From a virus: a stretch of 64,000 nt of DNA. Of the stretch, positions 37,232-47,132 are shown in pieces (position 1 is the stretch's first letter; the number at the start of each line of letters is the position of its first letter). The DNA lies in the IMG/VR virus record IMGVR_UViG_3300025120_014919, positions 1-64,000 of that record. One strand, 5' to 3'. The position numbers were made by a program, and so were the translations under genes. The notes beneath the pieces are model-generated. The model did no database searches. It saw only the letters and a list, made by a program, of their open reading frames with translations, and was not told where the DNA came from.

Positions 37232-38535
37232 TAACCCCATCTATTCATTCTTTCTTGAGAATGAGCATTTTGCATTTTTTGTCTATGCTGTGTTACTAGT
37301 TGCCGGTTAACTTCTTGTTGTGACATTGCAACTTGCTCTTCTTCTTCTGATTCAGACTTCTTTTTTCTAAGCTTACCTGTTACTGGGCATCTTTCTTCTT
37401 CTTCATCGTCTAAAGGTTCCATTTCACCCATTGTATCATCAGGGGCTGCGTCAGCAGGTGCATATTGATCATTAGCATCTTCATCTTTAGGTTCAATATC
37501 ATCATCATAATGATCTGCAACTGCTCTTGCATGATCCTGACCTGCTCTTTCTCGTTCTTTCTTCATTTCATCCTTTTCTTCGTTTTCTTCATCGTCACCT
37601 CCAAATGCAGCTTCTGCACGAGCTTTTTCATAGTCAGAAAGTTTACCATCGTTATCTAGATCAGCTTTCTTAAGATCGATTTCATCTTCTGATTTAGCTT
37701 GTATATTTCTACCATAACGATCAAATTTACCTTCTTCCCCTTCTGGAAAATCAGCAACTAATTTTTCTCTTTGACCCATTTCTATTTCACCACCAAATTT
37801 ATCAACTTGTTCCGTTTCACTAGGCTTAACGATAACAACTGATACAACATCGTCTTGTGATATATCGTCTAAATTAATTTTTTGACCTTTAAAAGAATTA
37901 AGTGTAACTCTATATTTTAATCCATCACTTACTACTGTGTATAAATCATTTTCACCAACTCCACCCTCGGAGTTTAAAGTCGTATCACTACCAAGATTCA
38001 ATTGTAAGGTTTCAAAACCTGTATCACCTTTCTTAAGACCTGCTTTTGCTGCTCCTCTTTCTCTTGTTGTAATTTTGACATCTGGTCTAGAAGCTAATGG
38101 TTTTGAAACATTAGCCATAATATTAATAGCATTTTGAATATCATCATCAGATAAATTTTCTAAATCTAATTCAGGATTTTCTTTTTGTAAATATCTAATT
38201 ACCTTAGTAGCAAAATATCTAGGGGTCATTGTACCTTTAAGATCTCTAATATCTTCCATACCCATTAGTTTTGCTCTAAGAGGATCAACAATCTTTTTAC
38301 CCCTTGCTTCTTCAACAATATGGTGCTGCCGGTCAGCATGCCCGAAGTTTGTATCGTCCATATATGTCGATGTACTCTCAGCGATAATTTCTGTATTTGA
38401 ACTCGGTTCAGCTATTGAAGGGTCCGTTATTTTTTTATTCTTTACTTCTTGTACAATATCGAAGTCTAGGTTATCCATGTAACTTGATGTGTTCTCGACG
38501 ATAATTTTTTTATTTGACCAGTTATGTAAACTCAT
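37228..38535 (-). CDS. Acidic late protein, probable internal head/core protein
   Basis: TAAATA-N5-ATG; duplicated II.E.TS.YMD motif; ADLDNDGKLSDYE EF-hand-like loop. Confidence 0.65.
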   Translation of the reverse strand: MSLHNWSNKKIIVENTSSYMDNLDFDIVQEVKNKKITDPSIAEPSSNTEIIAESTSTYMDDTNFGHADRQHHIVEEARGKKIVDPLRAKLMGMEDIRDLKGTMTPRYFATKVIRYLQKENPELDLENLSDDDIQNAINIMANVSKPLASRPDVKITTRERGAAKAGLKKGDTGFETLQLNLGSDTTLNSEGGVGENDLYTVVSDGLKYRVTLNSFKGQKINLDDISQDDVVSVVIVKPSETEQVDKFGGEIEMGQREKLVADFPEGEEGKFDRYGRNIQAKSEDEIDLKKADLDNDGKLSDYEKARAEAAFGGDDEENEEKDEMKKERERAGQDHARAVADHYDDDIEPKDEDANDQYAPADAAPDDTMGEMEPLDDEEEERCPVTGKLRKKKSESEEEEQVAMSQQEVNRQLVTQHRQKMQNAHSQERMNRWGY

Positions 38536-38582
38536 ATTATTATTTATTGATCTTTTCCATTTTTATACTATAATATAGTTAT

Positions 38583-39254
38583 ATGTGTGGTATATATTGT
38601 AGCAATGATTTGACTTCTTTCGAAGTTTTACAAGAAGCTAATAAAAAGCGGGGTAATTTTTCAACTGGCATATTTTATTGCTATAATAAAGCTAATTATA
38701 GAGTACTCAAGGAAAAGAATAATATAAACTGGAATAAAACTAAAATACCAAATCAAAAAGGGCATTTATATCTCGGCCATAACCAAGCCCCTACTGAAAC
38801 CGGTAGAGAATGGAATGAAGAAACGTCACACCCGTTTTGGGTTGGTGATTGGATAGTAGCTCATAATGGAGTGTTAACTAATTATGAGGAATTAATAGAT
38901 GAATATATACCAATGCATGATAACCCGGTAGATAGTAGCATAATACCAGCATTATTAGATGAATTTGAATATACACACGGTCCTTGTGAAGATGCTGAAA
39001 CTGAAGTACAAAATATATTATACACAATAGAAAAACTTAAAGGTACATTTGCTTTATGGATAGTGAACATAAAAACGATGAACATTTATATAGCAAGACA
39101 AGGTAGTACGTTGTTTTACAAAGACGCTAATATATCATCAATTAAGGGTCAAGGTTATAAAGAAGTATCACAAGGAGTACTTTACAACTATTCATATGAA
39201 GGTCTAACAGAGTTAGACGGATTTGTATATGACTCACCATTTTTAACATTATGA
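38583..39254 (+). CDS. Class II (Ntn) glutamine amidotransferase, stand-alone GAT domain
   Basis: MCGI (catalytic Cys2), RG, LGH.QAPT, HPF, VAHNGVL.N, VDS. Confidence 0.88.
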   Translation: MCGIYCSNDLTSFEVLQEANKKRGNFSTGIFYCYNKANYRVLKEKNNINWNKTKIPNQKGHLYLGHNQAPTETGREWNEETSHPFWVGDWIVAHNGVLTNYEELIDEYIPMHDNPVDSSIIPALLDEFEYTHGPCEDAETEVQNILYTIEKLKGTFALWIVNIKTMNIYIARQGSTLFYKDANISSIKGQGYKEVSQGVLYNYSYEGLTELDGFVYDSPFLTL

Positions 39255-39724
39255 ACATAAATTACGTAACAATTAACGAATGTAACGATTTAGATAAACT
39301 TAGATTTATTAAATTTATTTACGATAATACGGATTCATTTATATTGAATACGTTCGGCCATACTTGGTCAGGTAGAAACTGGTGGGAAAAATTTCCTATT
39401 GAAGTATGTGTAGACGATGCCGGCCAAGTTTTAGGTTTACATGCTTATACCACTAATGATAAGGCAAAAGGTACAATGAAAACATATTATATAGTTACCT
39501 CGAAGGAAGTAAGAGGTAAAGGTGTAGCAAAACTTTTAATTCTAAATGCAATTTACAAACATAAAGATAAAATTAAAAATTATTATGTTAATACAGATGT
39601 TAGAAGTAATGGTGTACAATTTTTTAAAAAATTATTAGGTGATAATTTTACTATTGAAAGTAACGATTTCAATTCCCAAGATATAATTTTTGAGGAACCT
39701 ATTTATAATATAATAGATGAGTAA
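39251..39724 (+). CDS. GNAT acetyltransferase
   Basis: IVTSKEVRGKGVAKLL motif A; N...FF. Confidence 0.75.
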   Translation: MNINYVTINECNDLDKLRFIKFIYDNTDSFILNTFGHTWSGRNWWEKFPIEVCVDDAGQVLGLHAYTTNDKAKGTMKTYYIVTSKEVRGKGVAKLLILNAIYKHKDKIKNYYVNTDVRSNGVQFFKKLLGDNFTIESNDFNSQDIIFEEPIYNIIDE

Positions 39725-40055
39725 ACTGAAGACAACTGGTAAACCTCGTCAGTTTTCAACTGGCGCACAACGAGATAATGCTGATGGTAAATTGCGTATG
39801 AGTTTATTACCTCATAATGCTTTAAATGGAGTAATGATGAGATATTTACAAGGAGCTGATACATACGGTGAAAATAATTGGAAGAAGGGTATGAAACATT
39901 CAGTTTTATATGATAGTGCAATGAGACATTTAATGCAAGATTTTACAGGTGATGATAGTGAAGATCATTTAGGAGCTGCTTTATGGAATATTATGGGTAT
40001 GATGTGGAATAGAGATAATAATCTTCATATGGATGATAGAAAAGAATATGAGTAG
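39717..40055 (+). CDS. dATP/dGTP diphosphohydrolase (DUF5664-like)
   Basis: FSTGAQRD..GK.RMSLLP, GA..YG.NNW.KG, SA.RHL, EDHL.AA.WN. Confidence 0.85.
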   Translation: MSKLKTTGKPRQFSTGAQRDNADGKLRMSLLPHNALNGVMMRYLQGADTYGENNWKKGMKHSVLYDSAMRHLMQDFTGDDSEDHLGAALWNIMGMMWNRDNNLHMDDRKEYE

Positions 40056-40707
40056 ATTTAAAATATATACTGCTACTAAGGATAAAAAAGAAGATACCTT
40101 ACTATATAAATCCCTTAATAAAAAATATCGCGATTTATCTGTACATTATGAAGAAAAAAATACTAAAAGTTTGCAAAGTTGTTATAACAGCTTTTTGGAA
40201 GACGCTCGTAGTAATAACGTTGATATCTGTGTGTTTATCCATGACGACGTTTCTATTAATTGCGACGATTTGTTGCATAGGTTGGACGATTATGGAAAAA
40301 TGTATACAGTTTTTGGTCTCGCAGGGGCTAGTACATGCAAGGTTAAAGAACCTGCTTTATGGCATCTTATGTCAGAAAGAAAGGACCAAAGAGGAAATGT
40401 TGCTCACGGACATCCTGACCAATATCAGTACACTTCGTTTGGTCCTATTCCAGGCCGTGTTTTGGTTGTTGATGGGGTCTTTATCGGTATTAATGTACAA
40501 ACTTTACCTACTAATGTAAAGTTTGATGAATCTTACCCATCTAAGTTTCATTATTATGATTTAGATTTTAGTCTAGAATGCAATAAAAATAATGTAAAAA
40601 TAGGGGTAGTTGATATACCAATAATACATTCAAGTCCTGGTTTGACTAACCCTAATAAAGAATTTTATGAAGGGCAAAAATATTTTATAAACAAATGGAA
40701 ACGGTAG
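40048..40707 (+). CDS. GT-A glycosyltransferase (Glyco_tranf_2_5/StrF-like)
   Basis: YN, VFIHDDV, GLAG, VDGVF, FDE..FHYYDLDFSL, H.S.G. Confidence 0.78.
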   Translation: MSRFKIYTATKDKKEDTLLYKSLNKKYRDLSVHYEEKNTKSLQSCYNSFLEDARSNNVDICVFIHDDVSINCDDLLHRLDDYGKMYTVFGLAGASTCKVKEPALWHLMSERKDQRGNVAHGHPDQYQYTSFGPIPGRVLVVDGVFIGINVQTLPTNVKFDESYPSKFHYYDLDFSLECNKNNVKIGVVDIPIIHSSPGLTNPNKEFYEGQKYFINKWKR

Positions 40708-41132
40708 TATTGGTTACAGGTGGATTTGACCCACTGCATTCCGGTCATTTAGCATATCTTAAAGCAGCTCGTAGGCTGGGAGATAAACTAATTGTTGGGG
40801 TTAATTCTGATTCTTGGTTGGAACGAAAAAAAGGTAAAAACTTTTTACCGTTAGCTGAACGTTTTGAAATAGTATCTGCTTTAAAATATGCAGATAATTG
40901 TATACTGTTTAATGATGATGATAATACTGCTATAGAGGCTATTAGAAATGTTATGATGTTATTTCCTTTTGATCGAATTATATTTGCAAATGGAGGGGAT
41001 AGAAAACAAGGTAATGTACCGGAGGAAGACCCTAATTTATTTCCAGAAAGAGAAATAATTTTTCAGTATGGTGTAGGTGGAGCAGATAAAAAAAATAGTA
41101 GTAGTTGGATATTGCAAAGATGGGAAAAATAA
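40695..41132 (+). CDS. Cytidylyltransferase (RfaE2/TagD-like)
   Basis: TGGFDPLHSGH, GVNSD.WL.RKKG, FANGGDR, KKNSSSWIL. Confidence 0.88.
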   Translation: METVVLVTGGFDPLHSGHLAYLKAARRLGDKLIVGVNSDSWLERKKGKNFLPLAERFEIVSALKYADNCILFNDDDNTAIEAIRNVMMLFPFDRIIFANGGDRKQGNVPEEDPNLFPEREIIFQYGVGGADKKNSSSWILQRWEK

Positions 41133-41431
41133 CAGAAACGAGGTGGGGTAGCTACAATGTTTTATTTGATCGTAATGGTTATAAAATAAAAACTTTACAT
41201 ATTAGTCCAGGTAAATCTTTAAGCGATCAACGTCATTTTAAAAGAAGTGAGCATTGGTTTATATTAGAAGGTGAATTATGCATTAACGGTGACCTATATC
41301 ATAAAAATGATTTTATCAATATACCAGTTGAGAATTGGCATAAACCAGCTAATATTAGTAATAAAGAATGCATTATTTGTGAAATACAATACGGTGAAGA
41401 GTGCATTGAAGAAGATATTGAAAGAAGATAA
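41120..41431 (+). CDS. Mannose-6-phosphate isomerase-type cupin
   Basis: RWG.Y, LS.QRH.KRSEHW, WH, EIQYG..C.EEDIER. Confidence 0.85.
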   Translation: MGKITETRWGSYNVLFDRNGYKIKTLHISPGKSLSDQRHFKRSEHWFILEGELCINGDLYHKNDFINIPVENWHKPANISNKECIICEIQYGEECIEEDIERR

Positions 41432-42771
41432 TGGAAGATATAGGTAGATTAAATTTAGATTATTATGAGCAGGTTATAGTTTATAAGAGCTTGACTAACG
41501 AAAGTTATTTAACTCAAATTATAGACCATATAAAGCCGGATTATTTTAATGATAAAAATATTAAGACTGTCTTTAGTTTAATAACCAATTTTTATATTAA
41601 AAGGCAAAGTATACCTACTATTACTGAATTAAAGTCATACTTAATTAATGATGAACTTAAGGAAAGTTTTAGATCTGTTGTAAAGAATTTTCCTAATATT
41701 GATAAGAACTTTAATGATGAAGAGTTAACTTCTAATACTGAACGGTTCTTAAAAGAAAGAGCAATATATAATACAATGTTATCTGTTGCCGAGGACGTTA
41801 GTAAAGGTGAAGTTAATACAAGTTTTATTTTAGATAGTTTCGAAAAAAGCTGTAACGTTAATTTAAAGGAAGAGATAGGTTTAGATTTATTTGAAAATAT
41901 TGATAAGGTTGTAGATGATCTAAACGTAGACCAACCTACAATATCTTCTGGTTGGAAATGGTTAGATGATAAGATAGAGGGAGGCTTCTTACAAAATGGT
42001 AGATCGTTGTACGTATTTGCTGGTGAAGCTAATGTTGGTAAATCTATATTTTTAGGTAATATAGCTTGTAATATAGCTTCTAAAGGCAAGACGGTTTTAG
42101 TTATAAGCCTTGAAATGTCAGAGATGATATACGCAAGAAGGTTATCATCTAATATAACTAGAATACCAATGAGAGAATTAAAAGGTGCTGGTCAATCTTT
42201 ATCATCTCAAATAAAGAGTTATAATAATGGTAAACCTAATAGTAAGATTTTAATTAAAGAGTTTCCACCTAGTACTGTTACGCCGCAGAATATACAAGGC
42301 TATATTACAGAATTAAAAAATAGAGGTATTAAAGTTGATGCAGTGGTACTTGATTATTTAAATTTGTTAAAAAGTCCTCTTGGTGATAACTCTTATGAAA
42401 GGGTTAAGCATGTTGCAGAAGGTATTCGTGCTTTAAGTTATGTTTTTGAATGCCCGTTTATTTCTGCTACTCAGTTAAATAGATCTGGTTACGATGAAGC
42501 AAACCCTGGTTTAGATACGATATCAGAATCGATTGGAATGGCTGCTACTGCTGACTGTATTTTCAGTATATTCCAAGACGATGAAGATAAAGAATTAGGT
42601 ATAGTTAAAATGGGTATGATGAAAAATAGATATGGTGCTAATTATGGTCATACAGCATTACGGTTAGATTATGATACCTTAACTATTTCTGAAGATGAGA
42701 CACTAAACGTTGATGATGAAGGTAGTGAGATGTCTGATTTAACTAATACTCTTAACATGTTGAGTAATTAA
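41431..42771 (+). CDS. gp41: Replicative DnaB-like helicase gp41
   Basis: GEANVGKS, SLEM, IKEFP, DYLNL, SATQLNRSG, KNRYG. Confidence 0.93.
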   Translation: MEDIGRLNLDYYEQVIVYKSLTNESYLTQIIDHIKPDYFNDKNIKTVFSLITNFYIKRQSIPTITELKSYLINDELKESFRSVVKNFPNIDKNFNDEELTSNTERFLKERAIYNTMLSVAEDVSKGEVNTSFILDSFEKSCNVNLKEEIGLDLFENIDKVVDDLNVDQPTISSGWKWLDDKIEGGFLQNGRSLYVFAGEANVGKSIFLGNIACNIASKGKTVLVISLEMSEMIYARRLSSNITRIPMRELKGAGQSLSSQIKSYNNGKPNSKILIKEFPPSTVTPQNIQGYITELKNRGIKVDAVVLDYLNLLKSPLGDNSYERVKHVAEGIRALSYVFECPFISATQLNRSGYDEANPGLDTISESIGMAATADCIFSIFQDDEDKELGIVKMGMMKNRYGANYGHTALRLDYDTLTISEDETLNVDDEGSEMSDLTNTLNMLSN

Positions 42772-42793
42772 AAAGAGGAACTAAATAAAATAA

Positions 42794-43669
42794 ATGCCTA
42801 AGATCCATATAATTACAGATGCAGATCTCGATGGAGCTGGTTCGTATCTTTGTTTAAAGCAAGCATATAAAGATACTACATTAACATACTCCGTTACAAC
42901 TGAAAAAAAGTTTATTAATGATATAGCCTATTTTAAATTTGAAGATTATGATTTAGTAATTATTAGTGATTTAAATCTAAAAGAAAGTGAAATTAGACTT
43001 TGTGATTTAAAAAACGTCATTGTAATTGATCATCACGCTGAGCATATAGAACTAATTCATAATTATAAAAATGCTAAACCAATAATAAAGGATTATCCTT
43101 CATGTACTAAGTTAATATATGATACTTTTAAGTTAGAAGATAAGCTTAATAAAAATCAAAAATTATTGGTTAAACTAATAGATGATTATGATAGTTATAC
43201 ATTAAAATTACCGTTTAGTAAACCATTGAATCAAGTATTTTGGTCTTATACAGGTGACAGAGTTAATAAATTTGAAAATGATTTTAAAGATGGTTTCTTC
43301 GGTTTTAATCAGTTTCAAAAAAATGCTTTAAAAATTATTGAAAATAAAATTGAAAGATTTTTTAAAGAAGAAACAATTCATAGGGGTAATTTAAAAATAG
43401 GCGATAAAAATTATAATGTTGCAGGTGTTGTGGTGACTTTTAGCCCTAATGAAATAGCAGAACGTATAATTAGTACATATGGAGTAGATTTTGTAATAAT
43501 GATTAATCTAATCGGTAAGAGTGTTTATATGAGACGTAGTACAGATTGTACGTTAAATATGGGTAAAATAGCTGCAAAACTAATGAACGGTGGTGGTCAT
43601 GAAGATGCCGCTGGTGGAACTTTAAACGATTCAGTCATTAATATTACTAAATTACTAAAACCCCTATAA
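42794..43669 (+). CDS. DHH/DHHA1 phosphoesterase
   Basis: DADLDG, SDL, IDHH, GGGHEDAAGG. Confidence 0.88.
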   Translation: MPKIHIITDADLDGAGSYLCLKQAYKDTTLTYSVTTEKKFINDIAYFKFEDYDLVIISDLNLKESEIRLCDLKNVIVIDHHAEHIELIHNYKNAKPIIKDYPSCTKLIYDTFKLEDKLNKNQKLLVKLIDDYDSYTLKLPFSKPLNQVFWSYTGDRVNKFENDFKDGFFGFNQFQKNALKIIENKIERFFKEETIHRGNLKIGDKNYNVAGVVVTFSPNEIAERIISTYGVDFVIMINLIGKSVYMRRSTDCTLNMGKIAAKLMNGGGHEDAAGGTLNDSVINITKLLKPL

Positions 43670-43670
43670 T

Positions 43671-43961
43671 ATGTCAAAAAATATACCATACGAATCTCTA
43701 TTAGAAGAAGAATTTAATAAAATCTTTTATTCATTCTGTACATTTGTGGCTTTAAATTGTGATAAAAAAATGAATTTCGCAACAGTTTTTTTAAAGATAC
43801 TAGAAAATAAAGCATTCCGAGATATTTTTATTAGTGTTTTAGAAGAGGAAAACGAATTTACAGCAATTAAAAAATTTATACAGACTGAACCTTCAGTTAC
43901 AAAAAGTAAATACGTTACGAAGTTTTTAAACAAGTTTGGTGGTCTAGATGAACAATTTTGA
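43671..43961 (+). CDS. Hypothetical protein
   Basis: 96-aa ORF in replication operon. Confidence 0.6.
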   Translation: MSKNIPYESLLEEEFNKIFYSFCTFVALNCDKKMNFATVFLKILENKAFRDIFISVLEEENEFTAIKKFIQTEPSVTKSKYVTKFLNKFGGLDEQF

Positions 43962-44580
43962 AAAAATAATTTATAACAATTTTTTAGAAGTAAGTAAAAA
44001 AATAAATAACAAGCCAGTCAAGTATAGAAAGAATTTTGAAAACTTTCCGGATACTAATTATATTATAATAAACAAATTAAGTAACTTCTTTAAAAAATTT
44101 AACCATTTAAAAGTAAAAGACTTTTTTGAAGCCCCATATTTTGTTTATAATGAGAACTATTTTGATTTAAAATTTTACTTAAGTCCTAAAGCTATTAAAG
44201 CTTATACACTTTATAATGATAAGTTTTTACTTAATAATCCTGATGATGGTAAAACGTTATTAAAAATGCAGGATTCGATAAAATTTATTTATAATTACTG
44301 TAAAGATAAAGGTATCAATATAAATGAATACTTAAACATAAACGAAGGTGAATATAATGTTTTTCTGAAACATATTAAAAATAGAGATGTTATAATTTTT
44401 GTTTTGTTTGCTTTCAATAATTTCGAAAAAACTTTATCATTAATTGACGGTGATATTAAAAATATGTATAGTTCTAATTTTTCAAAACTTAACTATATTA
44501 GGACCAAATATTATTCGAGTTCGAAGGCAAAAAAAATAATTAATAATTTTAAAATATTCGTTGAAAACCAAAAAGTATAG
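43948..44580 (+). CDS. Hypothetical protein, possible gp59-like helicase loader
   Basis: Size, basic helical composition and position just before gp32; inference only. Confidence 0.4.
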   Translation: MNNFEKIIYNNFLEVSKKINNKPVKYRKNFENFPDTNYIIINKLSNFFKKFNHLKVKDFFEAPYFVYNENYFDLKFYLSPKAIKAYTLYNDKFLLNNPDDGKTLLKMQDSIKFIYNYCKDKGININEYLNINEGEYNVFLKHIKNRDVIIFVLFAFNNFEKTLSLIDGDIKNMYSSNFSKLNYIRTKYYSSSKAKKIINNFKIFVENQKV

Positions 44581-44594
44581 TCTATAATAAGAGT

Positions 44595-45452
44595 ATGAGT
44601 AATATAACGAGTTCAATGTTTGATAGTATTAAGTCTGCATTAGCAGCAGATAACGATAATAATAAGAGTGCAATAGGTGATATCTTAAAGACACCTCCTG
44701 GTAATACCTTTACTGTAAGGTTGTTACCTTATGCTAAAGATCCTTCTAAGACGTTCTTTCATTATTATCAGCATGGTTGGAATAGTTTTGCTACTGGTCA
44801 ATATACTAGTGCAATCTCTCTTCAAACCTTTGGTGAGAGAGATCCTATTGCTGAAGAGCGATATAAGATCCTTCGTACTGGTAATGAAGAAGAAAAGGAG
44901 AAGGCTAAGGCGATCGTACGTTCTGAGAAATGGTTAGTTAATGTATATGTTGTTAATGATCCTGTTAATCCTGAAAATAATGGTAAGGTTAAAATGCTTC
45001 GTTATGGTAAGCAAATTCATAATATTATTACTGATGCAATTGAAGGTGATGATGCAGCTGAATTAGGTCCTCGTATATTTGATCTAGGTCCTGATGGTGT
45101 TAACTTTAGAGTTAAAGTTGAGAAGCAAGGAGATTTTCCGACTTATGTATCATCTAAGTTTGGTATGCCTAGTGCAATCGATAATCTGGATGAAGATCGT
45201 CATAATGCAATTTATGAAAATGTATTTGAACTATCTAGTGTATTTAGCGTTAAGAGTGTAAATGAACTTAAAACGATGATGGATGAACATTATTACGTAA
45301 GAGATACGTCAGCTAATAATAGCGTTGTTGAGAATGTAATTGTAGATACGCCTATTGAGGAAGCAACCCCTGTTGTTGCTCCGGTAACTGAAACTAAAAA
45401 AGATGATGAAGATGAAGTTCTAAAAGAACTACTTGAAGGTTTGGATGTATAA
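44595..45452 (+). CDS. gp32: Single-stranded DNA-binding protein gp32
   Basis: VRLLP, H.W, TFGERDP, NVYVVNDP.NPENNGKV...RYGK, NFRVK, acidic tail. Confidence 0.9.
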   Translation: MSNITSSMFDSIKSALAADNDNNKSAIGDILKTPPGNTFTVRLLPYAKDPSKTFFHYYQHGWNSFATGQYTSAISLQTFGERDPIAEERYKILRTGNEEEKEKAKAIVRSEKWLVNVYVVNDPVNPENNGKVKMLRYGKQIHNIITDAIEGDDAAELGPRIFDLGPDGVNFRVKVEKQGDFPTYVSSKFGMPSAIDNLDEDRHNAIYENVFELSSVFSVKSVNELKTMMDEHYYVRDTSANNSVVENVIVDTPIEEATPVVAPVTETKKDDEDEVLKELLEGLDV

Positions 45453-45456
45453 TTAA

Positions 45457-46023
45457 ATGAGTGATCAATTACCACCAATGATTCCTATGCCAGAATCTGG
45501 TCAACCAGGACAACCAGGTCCTACACCTGATCAGATTACTAGGCAATTAACTCCTAAGGAAGAGCAAGATGTATTGGTTAATTTTATGGGTAATATGTAT
45601 GGTGAGTCTAAAAAAATGGATAACCATATTATTGCACCTTCTAGTACTTTACAAAGAGGTAAAAGCGAAGAGATAAAGAAACATATTGAACAAGTTATCG
45701 CTCAACCTCAGCAGTCTGTACCTCAACAGGTGCAGGCTGCTCCTCTTCAACCAGAGCCTCAGCAGCCTCAAGTACAAGCACCGGTACAGGTGCCGATTAC
45801 ACCTATTGAACATCAATCAGTAGACAATAGTCAATTATCATTTAATTTTAATACTACTGAAAAAGATGAATTATTCATACTAATTGAAAAGGTGTCGACA
45901 CGTTTAGATCGTTTACATAAGAAGGTTGATGATTTAACTGAAATAGTAAAGAATTCTAAAGTGACTTCTTTACCTATAAAGAAGGCAAAAAAAAAATCAG
46001 TTGATAAAAAAGAGGAAGTTTAA
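45457..46023 (+). CDS. Pro/Gln-rich hypothetical protein
   Basis: 188-aa ORF between gp32 and gp45. Confidence 0.6.
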   Translation: MSDQLPPMIPMPESGQPGQPGPTPDQITRQLTPKEEQDVLVNFMGNMYGESKKMDNHIIAPSSTLQRGKSEEIKKHIEQVIAQPQQSVPQQVQAAPLQPEPQQPQVQAPVQVPITPIEHQSVDNSQLSFNFNTTEKDELFILIEKVSTRLDRLHKKVDDLTEIVKNSKVTSLPIKKAKKKSVDKKEEV

Positions 46024-46040
46024 TATAATAAACATAGTTT

Positions 46041-46772
46041 ATGAGTTATTTAAAAATAAAAAATAAAAAAGATTTTGTATCTAATTTTTTAGGACCTGTA
46101 TCTAATTTAAATGATGCTTGTATTTTATCTATAGAAGGTAATATTATAAGTTGTACTTTGGCATCCGCGGATGCTACTATTGTATGTAAATCGAAAATGG
46201 AAATAGATTCTGATATCGATAATGTAAAATTAAATTTACCAGATATTAAAAAATTAGTTCGAGTGTTAGATATTATACCTAGTACTGAAATTGAATTAAA
46301 AATTAATGAAAATAATATTTCGTATAATAAAGATGGCTATAAATTTAAATACCATTTATTAGATGATGGTATTATTAAGCAACCAGCATTAAATGTTGAT
46401 AAAATAAATAAACTTAATTTTAATACAAAGTTTACAGTCAAGGAAAATGATTTAAATACGTTGTTTAAAGGTAGTTCTTTTGCTACTGAAACTTCTAAAG
46501 TTTACTTATATGAAGAAGATGGTAAAATTTGCAGTGAATTAGGAGATCGTTCAAGACATAACTCAGACAATTTTGTATGCAGTCTAAGTGATAGTTTTGA
46601 AGGTAATATCGATAAACCATTACCGGTTAATTTTGATTCTTTTAGACTAGTTAGTTTTAATGGTAGTAGAGAAGTAAATTTCAATATTAATACTGAGATG
46701 GGTGTGATTACTTGTTTGTTTAAAAAGGGTGATGCAGAATTGATTTATATTATTTCAGCATTAATTAATTGA
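46041..46772 (+). CDS. gp45: Sliding clamp gp45
   Basis: 243 aa, PCNA/gp45-like pattern, C-terminal YIISAL; replication context. Confidence 0.7.
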   Translation: MSYLKIKNKKDFVSNFLGPVSNLNDACILSIEGNIISCTLASADATIVCKSKMEIDSDIDNVKLNLPDIKKLVRVLDIIPSTEIELKINENNISYNKDGYKFKYHLLDDGIIKQPALNVDKINKLNFNTKFTVKENDLNTLFKGSSFATETSKVYLYEEDGKICSELGDRSRHNSDNFVCSLSDSFEGNIDKPLPVNFDSFRLVSFNGSREVNFNINTEMGVITCLFKKGDAELIYIISALIN

Positions 46773-46773
46773 T

Positions 46774-47124
46774 ATGGTAGATTGGTCAGAACATAAAGTA
46801 AAAAATAAAATTAAAACCCCTGGTTATTTCATTAAGAGATTAAAGGATAACGGGTTTGTTGTATTAAAAATGTTTAATGCATATTCTAATGTAGATCCAA
46901 GAAGATGGACAGTTTTAGTCGACCCAGGTTACCATAGTGTATATATAACCTGTTATACAAATAAAGGTGAAAAAGGCGAGGTAATGTTTGAATTTGATGA
47001 CGGTGGTAATAATTTTAATAAAGGGTTTTATATTCAAACTAATAGTATTGAAAGCATAGTTAATAATCTAATTGAAAGGGGTGTTAATAATGACCCAAAA
47101 CAAAACCCTTTTGCAAAAGCTTAA
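46774..47124 (+). CDS. Hypothetical protein
   Basis: Clean ORF. Confidence 0.65.
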   Translation: MVDWSEHKVKNKIKTPGYFIKRLKDNGFVVLKMFNAYSNVDPRRWTVLVDPGYHSVYITCYTNKGEKGEVMFEFDDGGNNFNKGFYIQTNSIESIVNNLIERGVNNDPKQNPFAKA

Positions 47125-47132
47125 ATAATTAT

